From contig CAWDXE010000004.1 in NCBI GenBank assembly GCA_963806185.1, forward strand, positions 224,001-288,000: DNA of 64,000 bases, given 5' to 3'. The translations under genes were made by a program, and so were the position numbers. Within the stretch, counting starts at the first letter, position 1, and every line of letters starts with the position of its first letter. The DNA comes from an uncultured candidate division Zixibacteria bacterium (GTDB lineage Bacteria > Zixibacteria > MSB-5A5 > GN15 > FEB-12). The notes beneath the pieces were generated by a model, which made no database searches, had not been told where the DNA came from, and was given only the letters and a program-made list of their open reading frames with translations. This document shows positions 28,679-39,367 of the stretch, piece after piece.

Positions 28679-31600
28679 GTGACGTGCATAGGACGCTTGC
28701 TCACAACGCTTGTCACACTCGCTGCGGCCGCTACAACGGTCACGGCGAGTGACCACATTCTGACCGGAAAACGGGTTGTCACGCCACCCGCCGGAGAGAA
28801 TCAAGTCATCTACCGGTGTCTTACCGGCGAACTGGGACTTCCCATTAATCCTCCGGCAGCCCAGGGCCGGCCCGGTGCATTGTCGGCGGCTCGTGATCCC
28901 AACGCCGTCGATACGATCCGTTGCCTGGTCCTTCGCTACAATTTCCAGTTGGAAAGCCCGGACAATCCAAATACTACCGGCGACGGCCACATGGATATGC
29001 GGCCGCTCACTGATGAACAGATGCTGGCGCTCTACGGCCATTTCATGGACAAGCCGCCGCACGACTCGGCCTATTTTGATGCCCACATGCGCGCGTTGGC
29101 CAGGTATTACGAGACCGTCTCCAACGGCAAGCTGGTGATCACGTGGGATGTCTATCCTCCCGGCCGAGATTCGGTCTACCAGCTACCCCATCCGATGGGC
29201 TACTACGGATACTGCGAATTCCGCCCGGATTCAATTATCGCGGGGCTGGAACGGTACTTTGTCGACGCAATTCATCTGGCGGATTCTGCGCACATTATCG
29301 ATCCGGGACATCCCGATATCCAGATGAGCAATTACGACGCGTACTTCCTGTTCCACGCCGGCTCCGATCGTCAAAATGACATTGGGTTTCCCACGACCTG
29401 TCAGGATATGTTTACCGGCTTCATCCGATTCTTCGATTCGCTCGCCGTTGATGACGGCAGCCACTACATTCGCACGGCACTCCTGATGCCCGAGACGGCT
29501 ATCCAGGACAATCGCGTGACTGTCCTCAATGCCGTCATCGCCCACGAGTTCGGCCACCAGCTCGGCCTGCCCGACATGTACGCCACCAGCAGTTTTCTTT
29601 CCCAGCTGGGCGATTTCTCTCTCATGGACAACAACGGTTTTGGCACCGGCATTGACTACGGCTTTCCAGCCGGACGGGTGTTCGGCGGCTTGCCCGTGTA
29701 CCCCGACCCCTGGTGTCGGGCGTACCTTGGTTACGATACGGTCGTTAACTTCCGCCAGGGCGACGACATTCGCGTTGTTGCCGCGGCTGTCCAGTCGCAG
29801 AGCCTGAAGATCGCGCGGATCCCCATTACCGAGACCGAGTACTACCTGGTCGAGAATCGCCTCGATGAGATCGACGGGGACTCAGCCGCCGTGCGTTTGG
29901 ATCCGACTACGAATGTGATCCTCTGGCCGACCGATCGATCCGGCAACTTCAATCGCGAGTATGATTTTCTCATCCCCGGCAATGGCCTGGCCGTCTACCA
30001 TGTCGACGAAGCGGTCGCCGCCGCCGACTACAATCGGGACGGCGAAGACAATTTCCATGACAACCAGTTGCAGGTGTACGACCGCATTCTGGATCGAAGG
30101 TTCATCAGTCTCGTTGAGGCCGACGGATTGGTGAATCTGGGCGGCTATTATAGATCCGGTTATGGCAGTGCCGCTGATCTTTTCCGCGATGATCGCAATA
30201 CCCGCTTCACACCATATACGAATCCTCCTGCAGTCGATAACTCCGGCAACAATACGCACTATTATCTCGAGCATGTCACCCGCGATACGATCGGCACAAC
30301 CGGGCCGGGGAAACCGATCCTCGCCGACAGTGCGATTTCGTTTGATCTTTCCAACGACCGCACCGCCGTCGGCTTCCCGGTGCGCGTCGGCCGGCCGCTG
30401 GTCGGATTTTCACCCATCGTTGATGATCTGGATGATGACGGGAGTCCGGAGATCATCGTACCGGCAGACAGGAATCTGGCGGTGTTTGGATCGGACGGGC
30501 GCGGCTTCCTGAATCGTGTTGACTCCTGCGCCTCGTGCCCGCCGTTTCTCGATTCGGTGCACTCCGATGTCTTTCGGTGGAGCGGCGAAAATCCGAAAAC
30601 GCCCACACCGGTGCCGATATTCGTGCGACTCCCCAATCCGATAACGGCCGCCCCGGTGACGATCGGCCTCGGCGCTGAGCGCCATATTGTCGTCGGCATC
30701 CCGGCCAACGATACTGCCGGATTCACTCTGGTGTACGCGAATCAGGACGCCAACAATGATGGGATGGCAGATGCTACCGATACGATCACGACGCCGCGCT
30801 GGCCCCTGGCGCTGTCGGCGGCGGATTCGGCGATCTGGATACTGACATACTCGCTCGACGTGCACAGATATGACTTCAGAACAGATTCTCTTCACGCTTT
30901 TCCTCGAACGCTTTCGTACAACTCGCTCCAGGCGCCGCTGGGCATCGCGCAGCTGGGCAATCAACTCGTGGTTCAGGTTGCCGATTCCGCAGAAGATCAA
31001 ACGCGCTGGTGGTTGTATACCCCGAGCGGGACGAATCAATCACTGGACTTTGCCGGACTTTCGGGGATTTACCAGTTCGGCCCCCTGATCGTCGATGTCA
31101 ATCGCGACGGTGAACCGGAACTGGCAGCTTTCTCCTCTGCCGGCGACGGTATCATGTTTACCGTAGATGGATCCGTCGCACGGGTACTGGCCGAAGTTCA
31201 CACGGGGAACACGTTTACTACCAACCCCACAGCGGGCGACATTGACCTGGACGGTTACCCCGACATTTTGATCGGCGGAATCGGCAAGATGTACGCCTTC
31301 AATCGGGAATTGACGATGCTCTCCGATTTCCCGCGATTGATCAACGATCGGTTTCCGACTGACCCGGTTATCGCTTCCCCGATCATTGCAGGTATCGAAT
31401 CCGGCGGCCTTCCGGAATTCGCCTTCCCGACGGAGGTCGGCAACATGTATGCCTTTGGCGAAGCGCGGGCATCGGGCTTCCCGCTGACTTCCGGCGAACA
31501 GACGCAGGGGAGCTCGAGCAGTGTGCCGGTGGTGATTCGCGACAACGACCGCAATCTTCTCGGGTACCTCGGCGGTGATGGCTGGTTTTATGCCTGGGAC

Positions 31601-31993
31601 ATTTCGTCCGATTCAACACATGACGATTGGCCTATGAATGGCGGCGGTCCGGCCGGTTCCTTCCATTTCGATAACACAAAACTGCCGGTGCCGGCGACTT
31701 ACAGCGATAAGTTGCCCGAGGCCCGATTCTATAATTATCCGAATCCGGTGATCGACGGTGTAACAACCTGGCGCTATTTCCTGGGCGCTCCGGCGACGCG
31801 GGTGACGCTGACTCTGTACGACATGGCCGGTAACAAGCTTACCAGTCTCGAGGGTCCGACCAGCGGCGGCGTAGATAACGAGGTCACCTGGAATTGCAGC
31901 AGCGTCACGCCCGGCGTCTATCGCTGCCGTCTCGAGGCCGAATTCGCCGGAGAGACGCGAACGGTGTCCAAAGACGTGGCCATTATCAAGTAG
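28679..31993 (+). CDS. M6 (immune inhibitor A-like) metalloprotease with FG-GAP repeats and T9SS-type C-terminal sorting domain
   Basis: FHAG, AHEFGHQLGLPDMY, FSLMD, EYYLVENR; DLDDDGSPEI, DVNRDGEPEL and DIDLDGYPDI repeats; C-terminal YNYPNP...IYD-like LYDMAG...PGVYRCRL...VAIIK. Confidence 0.85.
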   Translation: MTCIGRLLTTLVTLAAAATTVTASDHILTGKRVVTPPAGENQVIYRCLTGELGLPINPPAAQGRPGALSAARDPNAVDTIRCLVLRYNFQLESPDNPNTTGDGHMDMRPLTDEQMLALYGHFMDKPPHDSAYFDAHMRALARYYETVSNGKLVITWDVYPPGRDSVYQLPHPMGYYGYCEFRPDSIIAGLERYFVDAIHLADSAHIIDPGHPDIQMSNYDAYFLFHAGSDRQNDIGFPTTCQDMFTGFIRFFDSLAVDDGSHYIRTALLMPETAIQDNRVTVLNAVIAHEFGHQLGLPDMYATSSFLSQLGDFSLMDNNGFGTGIDYGFPAGRVFGGLPVYPDPWCRAYLGYDTVVNFRQGDDIRVVAAAVQSQSLKIARIPITETEYYLVENRLDEIDGDSAAVRLDPTTNVILWPTDRSGNFNREYDFLIPGNGLAVYHVDEAVAAADYNRDGEDNFHDNQLQVYDRILDRRFISLVEADGLVNLGGYYRSGYGSAADLFRDDRNTRFTPYTNPPAVDNSGNNTHYYLEHVTRDTIGTTGPGKPILADSAISFDLSNDRTAVGFPVRVGRPLVGFSPIVDDLDDDGSPEIIVPADRNLAVFGSDGRGFLNRVDSCASCPPFLDSVHSDVFRWSGENPKTPTPVPIFVRLPNPITAAPVTIGLGAERHIVVGIPANDTAGFTLVYANQDANNDGMADATDTITTPRWPLALSAADSAIWILTYSLDVHRYDFRTDSLHAFPRTLSYNSLQAPLGIAQLGNQLVVQVADSAEDQTRWWLYTPSGTNQSLDFAGLSGIYQFGPLIVDVNRDGEPELAAFSSAGDGIMFTVDGSVARVLAEVHTGNTFTTNPTAGDIDLDGYPDILIGGIGKMYAFNRELTMLSDFPRLINDRFPTDPVIASPIIAGIESGGLPEFAFPTEVGNMYAFGEARASGFPLTSGEQTQGSSSSVPVVIRDNDRNLLGYLGGDGWFYAWDISSDSTHDDWPMNGGGPAGSFHFDNTKLPVPATYSDKLPEARFYNYPNPVIDGVTTWRYFLGAPATRVTLTLYDMAGNKLTSLEGPTSGGVDNEVTWNCSSVTPGVYRCRLEAEFAGETRTVSKDVAIIK

Positions 31994-32005
31994 GAGTGAA
32001 GGCGT

Positions 32006-32911
32006 ATGACCATGCATAGAACAGTCCTGATAATCTCCGCGATAGCACTGGTGGCCGCGTGCGGCGCTTCCACACGGGCCGAGGTCGAATTGCAGACATC
32101 AGTCTTCGACCAGGGTATCGCCCAGTTGCGGGCCGACTACTCCGTTCAATCGATGCGCGAGGCCAATCTCCAGACCGAAGGCGAATTCGGCGGTGCAACG
32201 AGCCAGACCGTCTCAGGCCGCAAGTCGCCCGCCAAGGCTTTTCTTCTGTCTTTGGCTCTGCCCGGTGCCGGCCAGTACTATAATGGTGGTTCCATCCTCA
32301 AGCCGCTTGGGTTCCTCGCCGTTGAAGCGACTGCCTGGGGCCTGTATTTCAAGTATCACGGAGAAGGAAACGATCTGACCGACGAGTTCGAGGCCTACAA
32401 CCGCGCTCATTGGTCACGCGGATCGTATGCCCAATACCTGTATATGGCCTACGGCGATTCGAGCGACAACAACGTCAGCGCGACCGAGATTTCACATCAT
32501 CTTCCCGGGACCGAAACGCAACAGTATTTCGAGATGACCGGCAAATACAATCAATTCGCCTGGGGGTGGGATGATGCCGAACTGAACGACACGACCCTTC
32601 AAGACTACATTAATAACAGCATCAATCCGCCGAAAATGGTAAATGACACGCGATCGCCATCGTCAGCCCACCGCCTGACGTATGAGACTATGCGCCATCA
32701 TGCCAACGAAAAGTTTGACAAGGCGACCACCATGATCATCGTCTCAATGGCCAATCGCATGATCAGTGCCTTCGAAGCTTACCTTTCGGCGAAGCGGCAC
32801 AATCGGTCGGTCAACCCGGCTGAGTTTGGGCGCGTCGATGTAAAGGCAAAATTGAAATCGATATATTCATTTGCCGATACCCCAACCTTGAAAGTGAGCG
32901 TCCGCTTCTAG
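32006..32911 (+). CDS. Exported membrane protein, DUF5683-like
   Basis: Signal peptide; KSPAKAFLLSLALPGAGQYY motif; TQQYFEMTGKYNQF; C-terminal Phe. Confidence 0.65.
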   Translation: MTMHRTVLIISAIALVAACGASTRAEVELQTSVFDQGIAQLRADYSVQSMREANLQTEGEFGGATSQTVSGRKSPAKAFLLSLALPGAGQYYNGGSILKPLGFLAVEATAWGLYFKYHGEGNDLTDEFEAYNRAHWSRGSYAQYLYMAYGDSSDNNVSATEISHHLPGTETQQYFEMTGKYNQFAWGWDDAELNDTTLQDYINNSINPPKMVNDTRSPSSAHRLTYETMRHHANEKFDKATTMIIVSMANRMISAFEAYLSAKRHNRSVNPAEFGRVDVKAKLKSIYSFADTPTLKVSVRF

Positions 32912-32920
32912 GGAACGGCT

Positions 32921-33736
32921 ATGCGCATATTCGTCTATTCGACATGCTTGATGACCATGCTGGCTGCCGCCTCGTTCGGAACAGCCCTCGACTTACTGCA
33001 AAAGCCGAAACCGTACCTGCTTGCCCAGCAGGAAGAGGAGTTCCCCGGCGACAAGAAGAAGGAGAAAGTCGAACAGAAATCGAAACCGGTCACCAAGCAG
33101 GACGCGTCGAAATCGGCCGACAAGTCGGCGAGCGGCGGAAAGAAGAAATCGATGTGGAAAGCGGCGGCTCTGTCCGCGCTTCTTCCCGGCGCGGGTCAGC
33201 ACTATCTGGGCCACCGGTCCAAGGCGCGCGTCTTTTTCGCAGTGGAGGCGGCCTCCTGGATCAGCTTCGGTGCCTTCACCGTTTACAAGAATTTAAAAGA
33301 AGATGACATGGTCACCTACGCTGCGGTTTATGCGAATGCCCGGTTGGATGGTAAGAGCGACGAATTCGAGGACATGGTCGGCTTCTATCGTGACATCAAT
33401 ACCTACAATACCTTCGGACGCGTCTTCGATCCGGATCGACCGTACTTTGAGGACACGCCCGAAAACCACTGGCACTGGGTCGACACCACGGCGCAAGCCA
33501 ACTTTCGCCATATGAAGAACAGCGCTCGCGAGGCCAAACGACGCGCCGAATTCGCGCTCGGCGTGGCGGTCGTCAATCGCATTGTCTCGATTATCGACGC
33601 CGTGCGCGACGCGCGGCGCGGGCAGCGACGCATTGAAGACGAGTTCTCCGACATCACCAAGCCCCGTCTCAAATTGGCGTTTGATCCCCTTCACGATACC
33701 CGGCAGGTTCAATTGACCCTCTTCACGGGGTTCTGA
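32921..33736 (+). CDS. Exported membrane protein, DUF5683-like, paralog of the upstream gene
   Basis: KSMWKAAALSALLPGAGQHY; NRIVSIIDA versus NRMISAFEA upstream; C-terminal Phe. Confidence 0.65.
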   Translation: MRIFVYSTCLMTMLAAASFGTALDLLQKPKPYLLAQQEEEFPGDKKKEKVEQKSKPVTKQDASKSADKSASGGKKKSMWKAAALSALLPGAGQHYLGHRSKARVFFAVEAASWISFGAFTVYKNLKEDDMVTYAAVYANARLDGKSDEFEDMVGFYRDINTYNTFGRVFDPDRPYFEDTPENHWHWVDTTAQANFRHMKNSAREAKRRAEFALGVAVVNRIVSIIDAVRDARRGQRRIEDEFSDITKPRLKLAFDPLHDTRQVQLTLFTGF

Positions 33737-34722
33737 TGCCACGAGCCCTGCTGTTGTTCAGCGCAATCCTCCTTGCCTGCAGCTATCTGGGCTGTGGCAA
33801 GAGCAACGGACCCGGCGCCGAATCATCCAACCACCTGACAGTTCGCAATCTGGTCCTCGAGCGCGAGATCGCCGGGTCAATCGACGGCCTCAGGCTGGGC
33901 CGACCGTCCGGCCTCTCGGTAGATCGCCGGGGCTTTCTCTACGTTGCCGATCAGGCGAATAATCGCGTCATTAGATTCCAGCCGGATCTGGTCGTCGATC
34001 AATTTATTGGCGGACTTGGCCGCGCCACCGGTCTGTTCGATCACCCCGGTGCCCTGGATGTGGACCGCTCCTACAACACGTGGATATGTGATGTAAACAA
34101 TGATCGGCTAGTGAGGCTGAATCTGGAATTCAGGTCGACACTGGAAATCGAGCTCTCCGATCTGACCGACCCCCTCAAGTATGGGGAAGCAAGCGGCGTG
34201 GCGGTCGGTGACAACGGCGAGGTCTGGATGACTGATCGCGAACGCAACCGGATTGCAATTTTCGACCTCACTGGGCTCTTCCTTCGCTTCGCCGGCGATA
34301 TTGACGCGGGCAGGGGGCTGCTGTCCGGCCCGACCGGCATTGCTTATCGGGGTCGCGAAGGCTTTGTGGTCTGCGACACCGACAACGGCCGACTAGTGTA
34401 CTTTGATCACAACGGCAATTACCTATTTCATTTGTCGCTCGACGTGATAACGGCTCCAACTGCCATCGCTATTGATTCGCTGGGCAATGCCTGGGTCCTT
34501 GATCGCGACGCGGGTACCTTGGCGTACGTTGAGCAAAGTGGGGTGAAAGCCGGAGTCAGCGGCACGGTGCTGTTGGGCCTGCGCCAGCCGCTGGGTCATC
34601 CCTCGGACATTGCTGTCCTTGGACCCAATCTACTCGCCGTAGCGGATACCGATAATGACCGCATCGCCATCCTTCGCACCATCGTCGAGCCCGCCGCTCC
34701 AGGTGTTTCGCCGTCGAATTGA
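33736..34722 (+). CDS. NHL-repeat beta-propeller lipoprotein
   Basis: Lipobox YLGC; repeats PSGLSVD..LYVADQANNRV, PTGIA..VCDTDNGRL, PSDIAV..VADTDNDRI. Confidence 0.88.
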   Translation: MPRALLLFSAILLACSYLGCGKSNGPGAESSNHLTVRNLVLEREIAGSIDGLRLGRPSGLSVDRRGFLYVADQANNRVIRFQPDLVVDQFIGGLGRATGLFDHPGALDVDRSYNTWICDVNNDRLVRLNLEFRSTLEIELSDLTDPLKYGEASGVAVGDNGEVWMTDRERNRIAIFDLTGLFLRFAGDIDAGRGLLSGPTGIAYRGREGFVVCDTDNGRLVYFDHNGNYLFHLSLDVITAPTAIAIDSLGNAWVLDRDAGTLAYVEQSGVKAGVSGTVLLGLRQPLGHPSDIAVLGPNLLAVADTDNDRIAILRTIVEPAAPGVSPSN

Positions 34723-34760
34723 AGTTGACTGCGCCCGTCCTTCCTGCCTAAGCTGCTGAG

Positions 34761-35609
34761 GTGGGTACTCTTGTTAATACCCTCAAACTTATCCGGGTCA
34801 TCAACTGCTTGCTGGCATTTCTCGGCGTCATTCTGGGCGCCCACCTGACCGGGCAATGGGTCTGGTTATATCCTGCCATCATCGCCGGTGTGGCGGCCCT
34901 TCTCGTCTGCGCCGCCGGCAACGTGGTGAACGACATTTGCGACATCAAGATCGATCGCATCAATCGACCCGACCGCGTTTTGGTGCGTCAGCTGCTTACG
35001 CTAAGATATGCCTGGGGTGTCGCCATCACGCTAACGGTGTTCGCCGTGGTATTGGCTGCAACTGTGAATCTGAAGGTGGTAGCCATTGCTCTCTTTACAA
35101 TCGCAGCACTTGCGGCGTACGACTTCAGACTGAAACGTGTCCCGTTACTGGGCAACATGGTCATCGCTTTTCTTGGCGGATTGACTTTCCTGACCGGCGC
35201 CTGGGCGATTGACGCCGACGTTTTCGGCAATCCCTCGGGCGCCCTCGTGCCGGCTGTATTTGCCTTCTGCCTCCACTTAATCCGTGAAATTCTCAAGGAT
35301 GTCGAGGATTTGGACGGTGACCGTCGTGCCAACGTAAGAACACTGCCTCAGGTGGTCGGTATCCCGACTGCCATTCGCATCGCCTTTGCGCTTCTGGTAA
35401 TGCTCATTGTGCTGACCCTGGTACCGACTTTTATGCAGTGGTACCGCCCGGCGTACACTTGGTTGACGATTCTTGGGATCGACTTGCCCCTCTTAATCGT
35501 AATGATACTTGTGCTCCGTCGACCCGATCGTCAGCGCGTGCGACTCGGTTCGACGGGATTGAAGATTGGCATGGGGTTGGGCCTGGTGGCGCTTCTGCTG
35601 GCTTCGTGA
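34761..35609 (+). CDS. UbiA-superfamily prenyltransferase, DGGGP-synthase-like subfamily
   Basis: LKLIRVIN, AGNVVNDICDIKIDRINRPDR, LKRVPLLGN, REILKDVEDLDGD; multi-TM. Confidence 0.8.
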   Translation: MGTLVNTLKLIRVINCLLAFLGVILGAHLTGQWVWLYPAIIAGVAALLVCAAGNVVNDICDIKIDRINRPDRVLVRQLLTLRYAWGVAITLTVFAVVLAATVNLKVVAIALFTIAALAAYDFRLKRVPLLGNMVIAFLGGLTFLTGAWAIDADVFGNPSGALVPAVFAFCLHLIREILKDVEDLDGDRRANVRTLPQVVGIPTAIRIAFALLVMLIVLTLVPTFMQWYRPAYTWLTILGIDLPLLIVMILVLRRPDRQRVRLGSTGLKIGMGLGLVALLLAS

Positions 35610-35629
35610 CGTCCCAGCTATCATTACTC

Positions 35630-35657
35630 TTGACAAAGAGTTAGCCGCGCCTACCTT
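35630..35657 (+). promoter_or_regulatory. Candidate sigma70 promoter for the moxR/bat operon
   Basis: TTGACA-N16-TACCTT. Confidence 0.45.
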
Positions 35658-35698
35658 AGTGCGATCACAGCCGCAAACCGGAGTAGGATCATAGTATC

Positions 35699-36577
35699 AT
35701 GAGAACGTTTATTTTTGCCATCGCCGCCTCGTTACTGTCCGTCGCCAACGGCTTTGGACAGGCAATGTCGCTTTCCCAGACGCTAGACAAGGCCTCGATG
35801 GCCTTTGAAGACAGTGCCAAATTGGAAATCACCCTCACTTGGCCCGGCTCGCAATTAGCCTACTACTTTGACAAGCCGGTCCAGCCCCAACTCGACCGCC
35901 TCAAGATTCAGGGGTATGCCACTTCGATAAGCTCCGCCGCCACGGCACAAGGTGAGGTGACCACCAAGCGGTTTCAGTTCACTCTGGTTCCGACTTCGGC
36001 CGGGCAGGGGCGAATTGATCCTTTCACGATTTCTTACGTGCACATTCCGGACTCTCTTCCTGGAGGCCTGACGACTTCAGCCCTTACCATCCAAATCTCC
36101 GACCCGATTCCCCGAAAACAACCGGCAAACGTGGAGAACTGGCGGCTCAAATGGTCCTATATCCTGGCCATCTGTGTTACCCTGTTGGGAGTCTTGGCGT
36201 TAATAATTGTTAAGTCACGGAACAAACGGCCATATCAACCGGTAAAATCCCCCGTTGATGCGTTTCTGGACCGACTGGGCCAGGCTAAGACGGAGGCCAA
36301 TGGCGACCTGCGACGGTTTCAGGCCGGACTGTACAAGATTCTGCTCGTCTTCCTTGGGGAACAGTACGGACTGAATATCGCAGGATTATCGACAGCGGAA
36401 GTAATCGAGCAGATGGAGTCGACCAACCTGAGCGCAGGTCTGAAAGAGAAGATCTCCGGCTGGCTGATGCGGGCCGAACGTGAAAAATTCGCGCCGTTGC
36501 CGCCGACGCCGGGTGAAACCATCCGGCTCGAACAGGAGATTCGCGAGCAATTTGAATTATTGAAGGCAATGAAATAA
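35699..36577 (+). CDS. BatD-like single-domain membrane-anchored protein
   Basis: Signal peptide, Ig-like region (FTLVPTSAGQGRIDPFTISY), one TM, C-terminal helical domain (EREKFAP). Confidence 0.65.
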   Translation: MRTFIFAIAASLLSVANGFGQAMSLSQTLDKASMAFEDSAKLEITLTWPGSQLAYYFDKPVQPQLDRLKIQGYATSISSAATAQGEVTTKRFQFTLVPTSAGQGRIDPFTISYVHIPDSLPGGLTTSALTIQISDPIPRKQPANVENWRLKWSYILAICVTLLGVLALIIVKSRNKRPYQPVKSPVDAFLDRLGQAKTEANGDLRRFQAGLYKILLVFLGEQYGLNIAGLSTAEVIEQMESTNLSAGLKEKISGWLMRAEREKFAPLPPTPGETIRLEQEIREQFELLKAMK

Positions 36578-36589
36578 ATCGGAGGATCA

Positions 36590-37579
36590 ATGCAGGTAGA
36601 CATCCAGCAGATCCAGGAAACCGTCGAGAAAGAATCGTCCTTCGTCCACAAACTGACCACCCAGATGAGCTCGGTGATCGTGGGGCAGAAGTACCTGATC
36701 GAGCGACTCCTGATCGGCATTCTGGCGGATGGCCACATCCTGATCGAAGGTGTTCCGGGACTGGCGAAAACGCTGTCCGTGAAAACGTTGTCCGATGCCA
36801 TATCGGTCAAATTCCGGCGCTTGCAGTTTACACCCGATCTGCTCCCGGCCGACCTGATCGGCACCATGATTTACAACCCGCAGAAAGCGGAATTTACGGT
36901 CAAGAAAGGGCCGATCTTCGCCAACATCATCCTGGCCGATGAAATCAACCGCGCTCCCGCCAAGGTCCAGTCGGCCCTGCTCGAAGCGATGCAGGAGCGC
37001 CAGGTGACCATTGGCGAGACCTCATTCAAACTCGACGAACCGTTTCTCGTGCTGGCCACACAAAATCCAATCGAGCAGGAAGGCACCTATCCGCTCCCTG
37101 AGGCGCAGATCGACCGGTTCATGTTGAAGTTGAAGATCGGCTATCCGTCGCCCGCCGAAGAGCGCATCATCATGGATCGCAATACGTCGGTCGAATCGAT
37201 CACGGTCGATCGGGTCATCTCGCCGCAGGATATCGTGCGCGCCCGCGAGGTCGTCAAGTCGGTGTATGTCGACGAAAAAGTCAAAGAGTATATCGTGAAT
37301 ATCATCTTTGCCACGCGCGAGCCGGAACGATACGGGCTTCGTGACGTCAAGGACCTCATCTCTTTCGGCGCTTCGCCGCGGGCGACTATCTATCTGAATC
37401 TGGCCGCCAAAGCGCATGCGTTTATGAAAGGGCGCGGGTACATCACGCCGGAAGATATCAAAGCCATCGGCGCTGACGTCTTACGCCACCGCATCCTGCT
37501 CACGTATGAAGCGGAGGCGGAGGATATAACTTCGGATGATATCATAAAGAAAGTATTCGACACCATTGAAGTGCCGTGA
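36590..37579 (+). CDS. moxR: MoxR-family AAA+ ATPase
   Basis: [59 protein letters not shown]. Confidence 0.97.
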   Translation: MQVDIQQIQETVEKESSFVHKLTTQMSSVIVGQKYLIERLLIGILADGHILIEGVPGLAKTLSVKTLSDAISVKFRRLQFTPDLLPADLIGTMIYNPQKAEFTVKKGPIFANIILADEINRAPAKVQSALLEAMQERQVTIGETSFKLDEPFLVLATQNPIEQEGTYPLPEAQIDRFMLKLKIGYPSPAEERIIMDRNTSVESITVDRVISPQDIVRAREVVKSVYVDEKVKEYIVNIIFATREPERYGLRDVKDLISFGASPRATIYLNLAAKAHAFMKGRGYITPEDIKAIGADVLRHRILLTYEAEAEDITSDDIIKKVFDTIEVP

Positions 37580-37588
37580 TCTTACGAT

Positions 37589-38464
37589 ATGATACCACGC
37601 GAGATACTCAAGAAGGTCAGGCGGATTGAGATCAGCACCAAGCGTTTGGTGAATGATCTGTTTTCCGGCGAATACCATTCCACGTTCAAAGGCCAGGGGA
37701 TGGAATTCGAGGAAGTGCGCGAGTACTATCCCGGTGACGACATTCGCCTCATCGACTGGAACGTCACCGCCCGAACCGGCTTCCCGCACGTGAAGAAATT
37801 CCGCGAGGAGCGGGAATTATCTGTGGTCTTGCTGGTCGACGCTTCCTCATCCGGCCGTTTTGGTACGCGCGACCGCTTCAAGAGTGAGACGGCCGCCGAA
37901 CTCTGTGCCTTGCTCGCCTTCTCAGCCATTAAGAATAATGACAAAGTCGGCTTGATCATCTTCACTGATGAAATCGAGAAATTCGTGCCGCCCCAGAAGG
38001 GGAGAGGCCACGTGCTTCGCCTGATTCGCGAAATTCTCTATTTCCAGCCGAAGGGCACCAAGACTGACGTCGCCGGAGCACTCGAGTACCTCAGCCGGGT
38101 GGTCAAACGGAAATCGGTCGTATTCCTCGTCTCCGATTTTCTTTCTGACGGCTACTACAAGCCGCTCCAGATCGCCAACAAAAAGCACGACATCATCGCC
38201 ATCAAGGTGACCGACCCGCGCGAAACGGCGTTTGACAATGTCGGCTTGATCGAACTTGAAGATGCCGAGACCGGGGAAGTGATCCTCATCGACACATCGT
38301 CGAGAGAATTTCGGCGCGAATTCGCCGCGCGAGCGCAGGAAGATGTACTCAATTTGAAAAAGGGTTTTCAGGCCATCAACATGGATTTTATCAACATCCG
38401 GACCGATTATCCGTACATCGGTCCGCTCATTTCCTTTTTCCGGATGCGAGAGAAGCGACATTGA
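37589..38464 (+). CDS. DUF58 domain protein
   Basis: GQGMEFEEVREYYPGDDIRLIDWNVTAR, LLVDASSS, VSDF. Confidence 0.95.
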   Translation: MIPREILKKVRRIEISTKRLVNDLFSGEYHSTFKGQGMEFEEVREYYPGDDIRLIDWNVTARTGFPHVKKFREERELSVVLLVDASSSGRFGTRDRFKSETAAELCALLAFSAIKNNDKVGLIIFTDEIEKFVPPQKGRGHVLRLIREILYFQPKGTKTDVAGALEYLSRVVKRKSVVFLVSDFLSDGYYKPLQIANKKHDIIAIKVTDPRETAFDNVGLIELEDAETGEVILIDTSSREFRREFAARAQEDVLNLKKGFQAINMDFINIRTDYPYIGPLISFFRMREKRH

Positions 38465-38465
38465 T

Positions 38466-39359
38466 ATGTTTCGACTAACGACTTCAATTGTAGTCATGGG
38501 ATTGCTCGCCGCGGCCTTCAGCGGTTGCGGAGGCAACACGGTCAATCTGGACCAGCCCTTGAAATTGGCGGGCGAACTGCGCGACAACAAGCTATACAGC
38601 GCCGCCATTCAGGAATATACCCGGTTGCTGGACGGAGCCGGATTGTCCGATCAGGAAAGGGCGAATGTCTGTTATCTGACCGGTCGAGTCTACTTCGAGG
38701 ATCTGCACGATTACGGAAACGCCGCGGCCTACTATATGCGGGCGCGCGCCTTCGATCCGCAGGCCGCCTACATGAATGACCTCTCGTCCAATCTGGTCGC
38801 CTCGCTTGAGCGGATAGGCCAGCATGCCGACGCCAAACGTGAGCTCGGCTCCATGGCGAATGTCGATGACCAGAAGCCGGCCGCAGGCGACGTCGAGGTC
38901 GCCAAAGTGGGTGACCGCTCGATTTATCGTTCCGAAATCGAACGACAGATTCAATCCCTCCCTGTCCAATTGCAGAAGCAGCTTCTCAGCAAGGAGGCCA
39001 AACAGAATTTCGTGCGGCAATATGTCGGGATTGAATTGCTCTACCAGGCGGCGTTGCGCGAAAAATACGGCGATGATCCGGATATTCGCAAGCGTTCGGA
39101 ACAGGCGACCAGGAAATTCATCGTTGACAAATACGTGATCGACAAGGTCATGCCCAGCGTGCAGGTTGATACGATTGACGTCCGCAACTTCTATCAGGCC
39201 AACAAAGCCGATCACTATAATAGTGCTCCCTACGACAGCGTGAAGGCCCAGGTCTTCATGGATTATCAACAACAGAAAATGGAAGCGGCCTACGGCCAAT
39301 ACCTTGCGAAATTGGCGCAGGACGAAAAAGTACAGGTCTTCGACCAGAATATTCAGTAG
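38466..39359 (+). CDS. Lipoprotein with TPR and SurA/PrsA-like chaperone region (no parvulin domain seen)
   Basis: Lipobox FSGC; TPR helices; VAKVGDRSIYRSE...LLYQAA...VRNFYQAN...PYDSVKAQV. Confidence 0.65.
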   Translation: MFRLTTSIVVMGLLAAAFSGCGGNTVNLDQPLKLAGELRDNKLYSAAIQEYTRLLDGAGLSDQERANVCYLTGRVYFEDLHDYGNAAAYYMRARAFDPQAAYMNDLSSNLVASLERIGQHADAKRELGSMANVDDQKPAAGDVEVAKVGDRSIYRSEIERQIQSLPVQLQKQLLSKEAKQNFVRQYVGIELLYQAALREKYGDDPDIRKRSEQATRKFIVDKYVIDKVMPSVQVDTIDVRNFYQANKADHYNSAPYDSVKAQVFMDYQQQKMEAAYGQYLAKLAQDEKVQVFDQNIQ

Positions 39360-39367
39360 ACGAAAAC

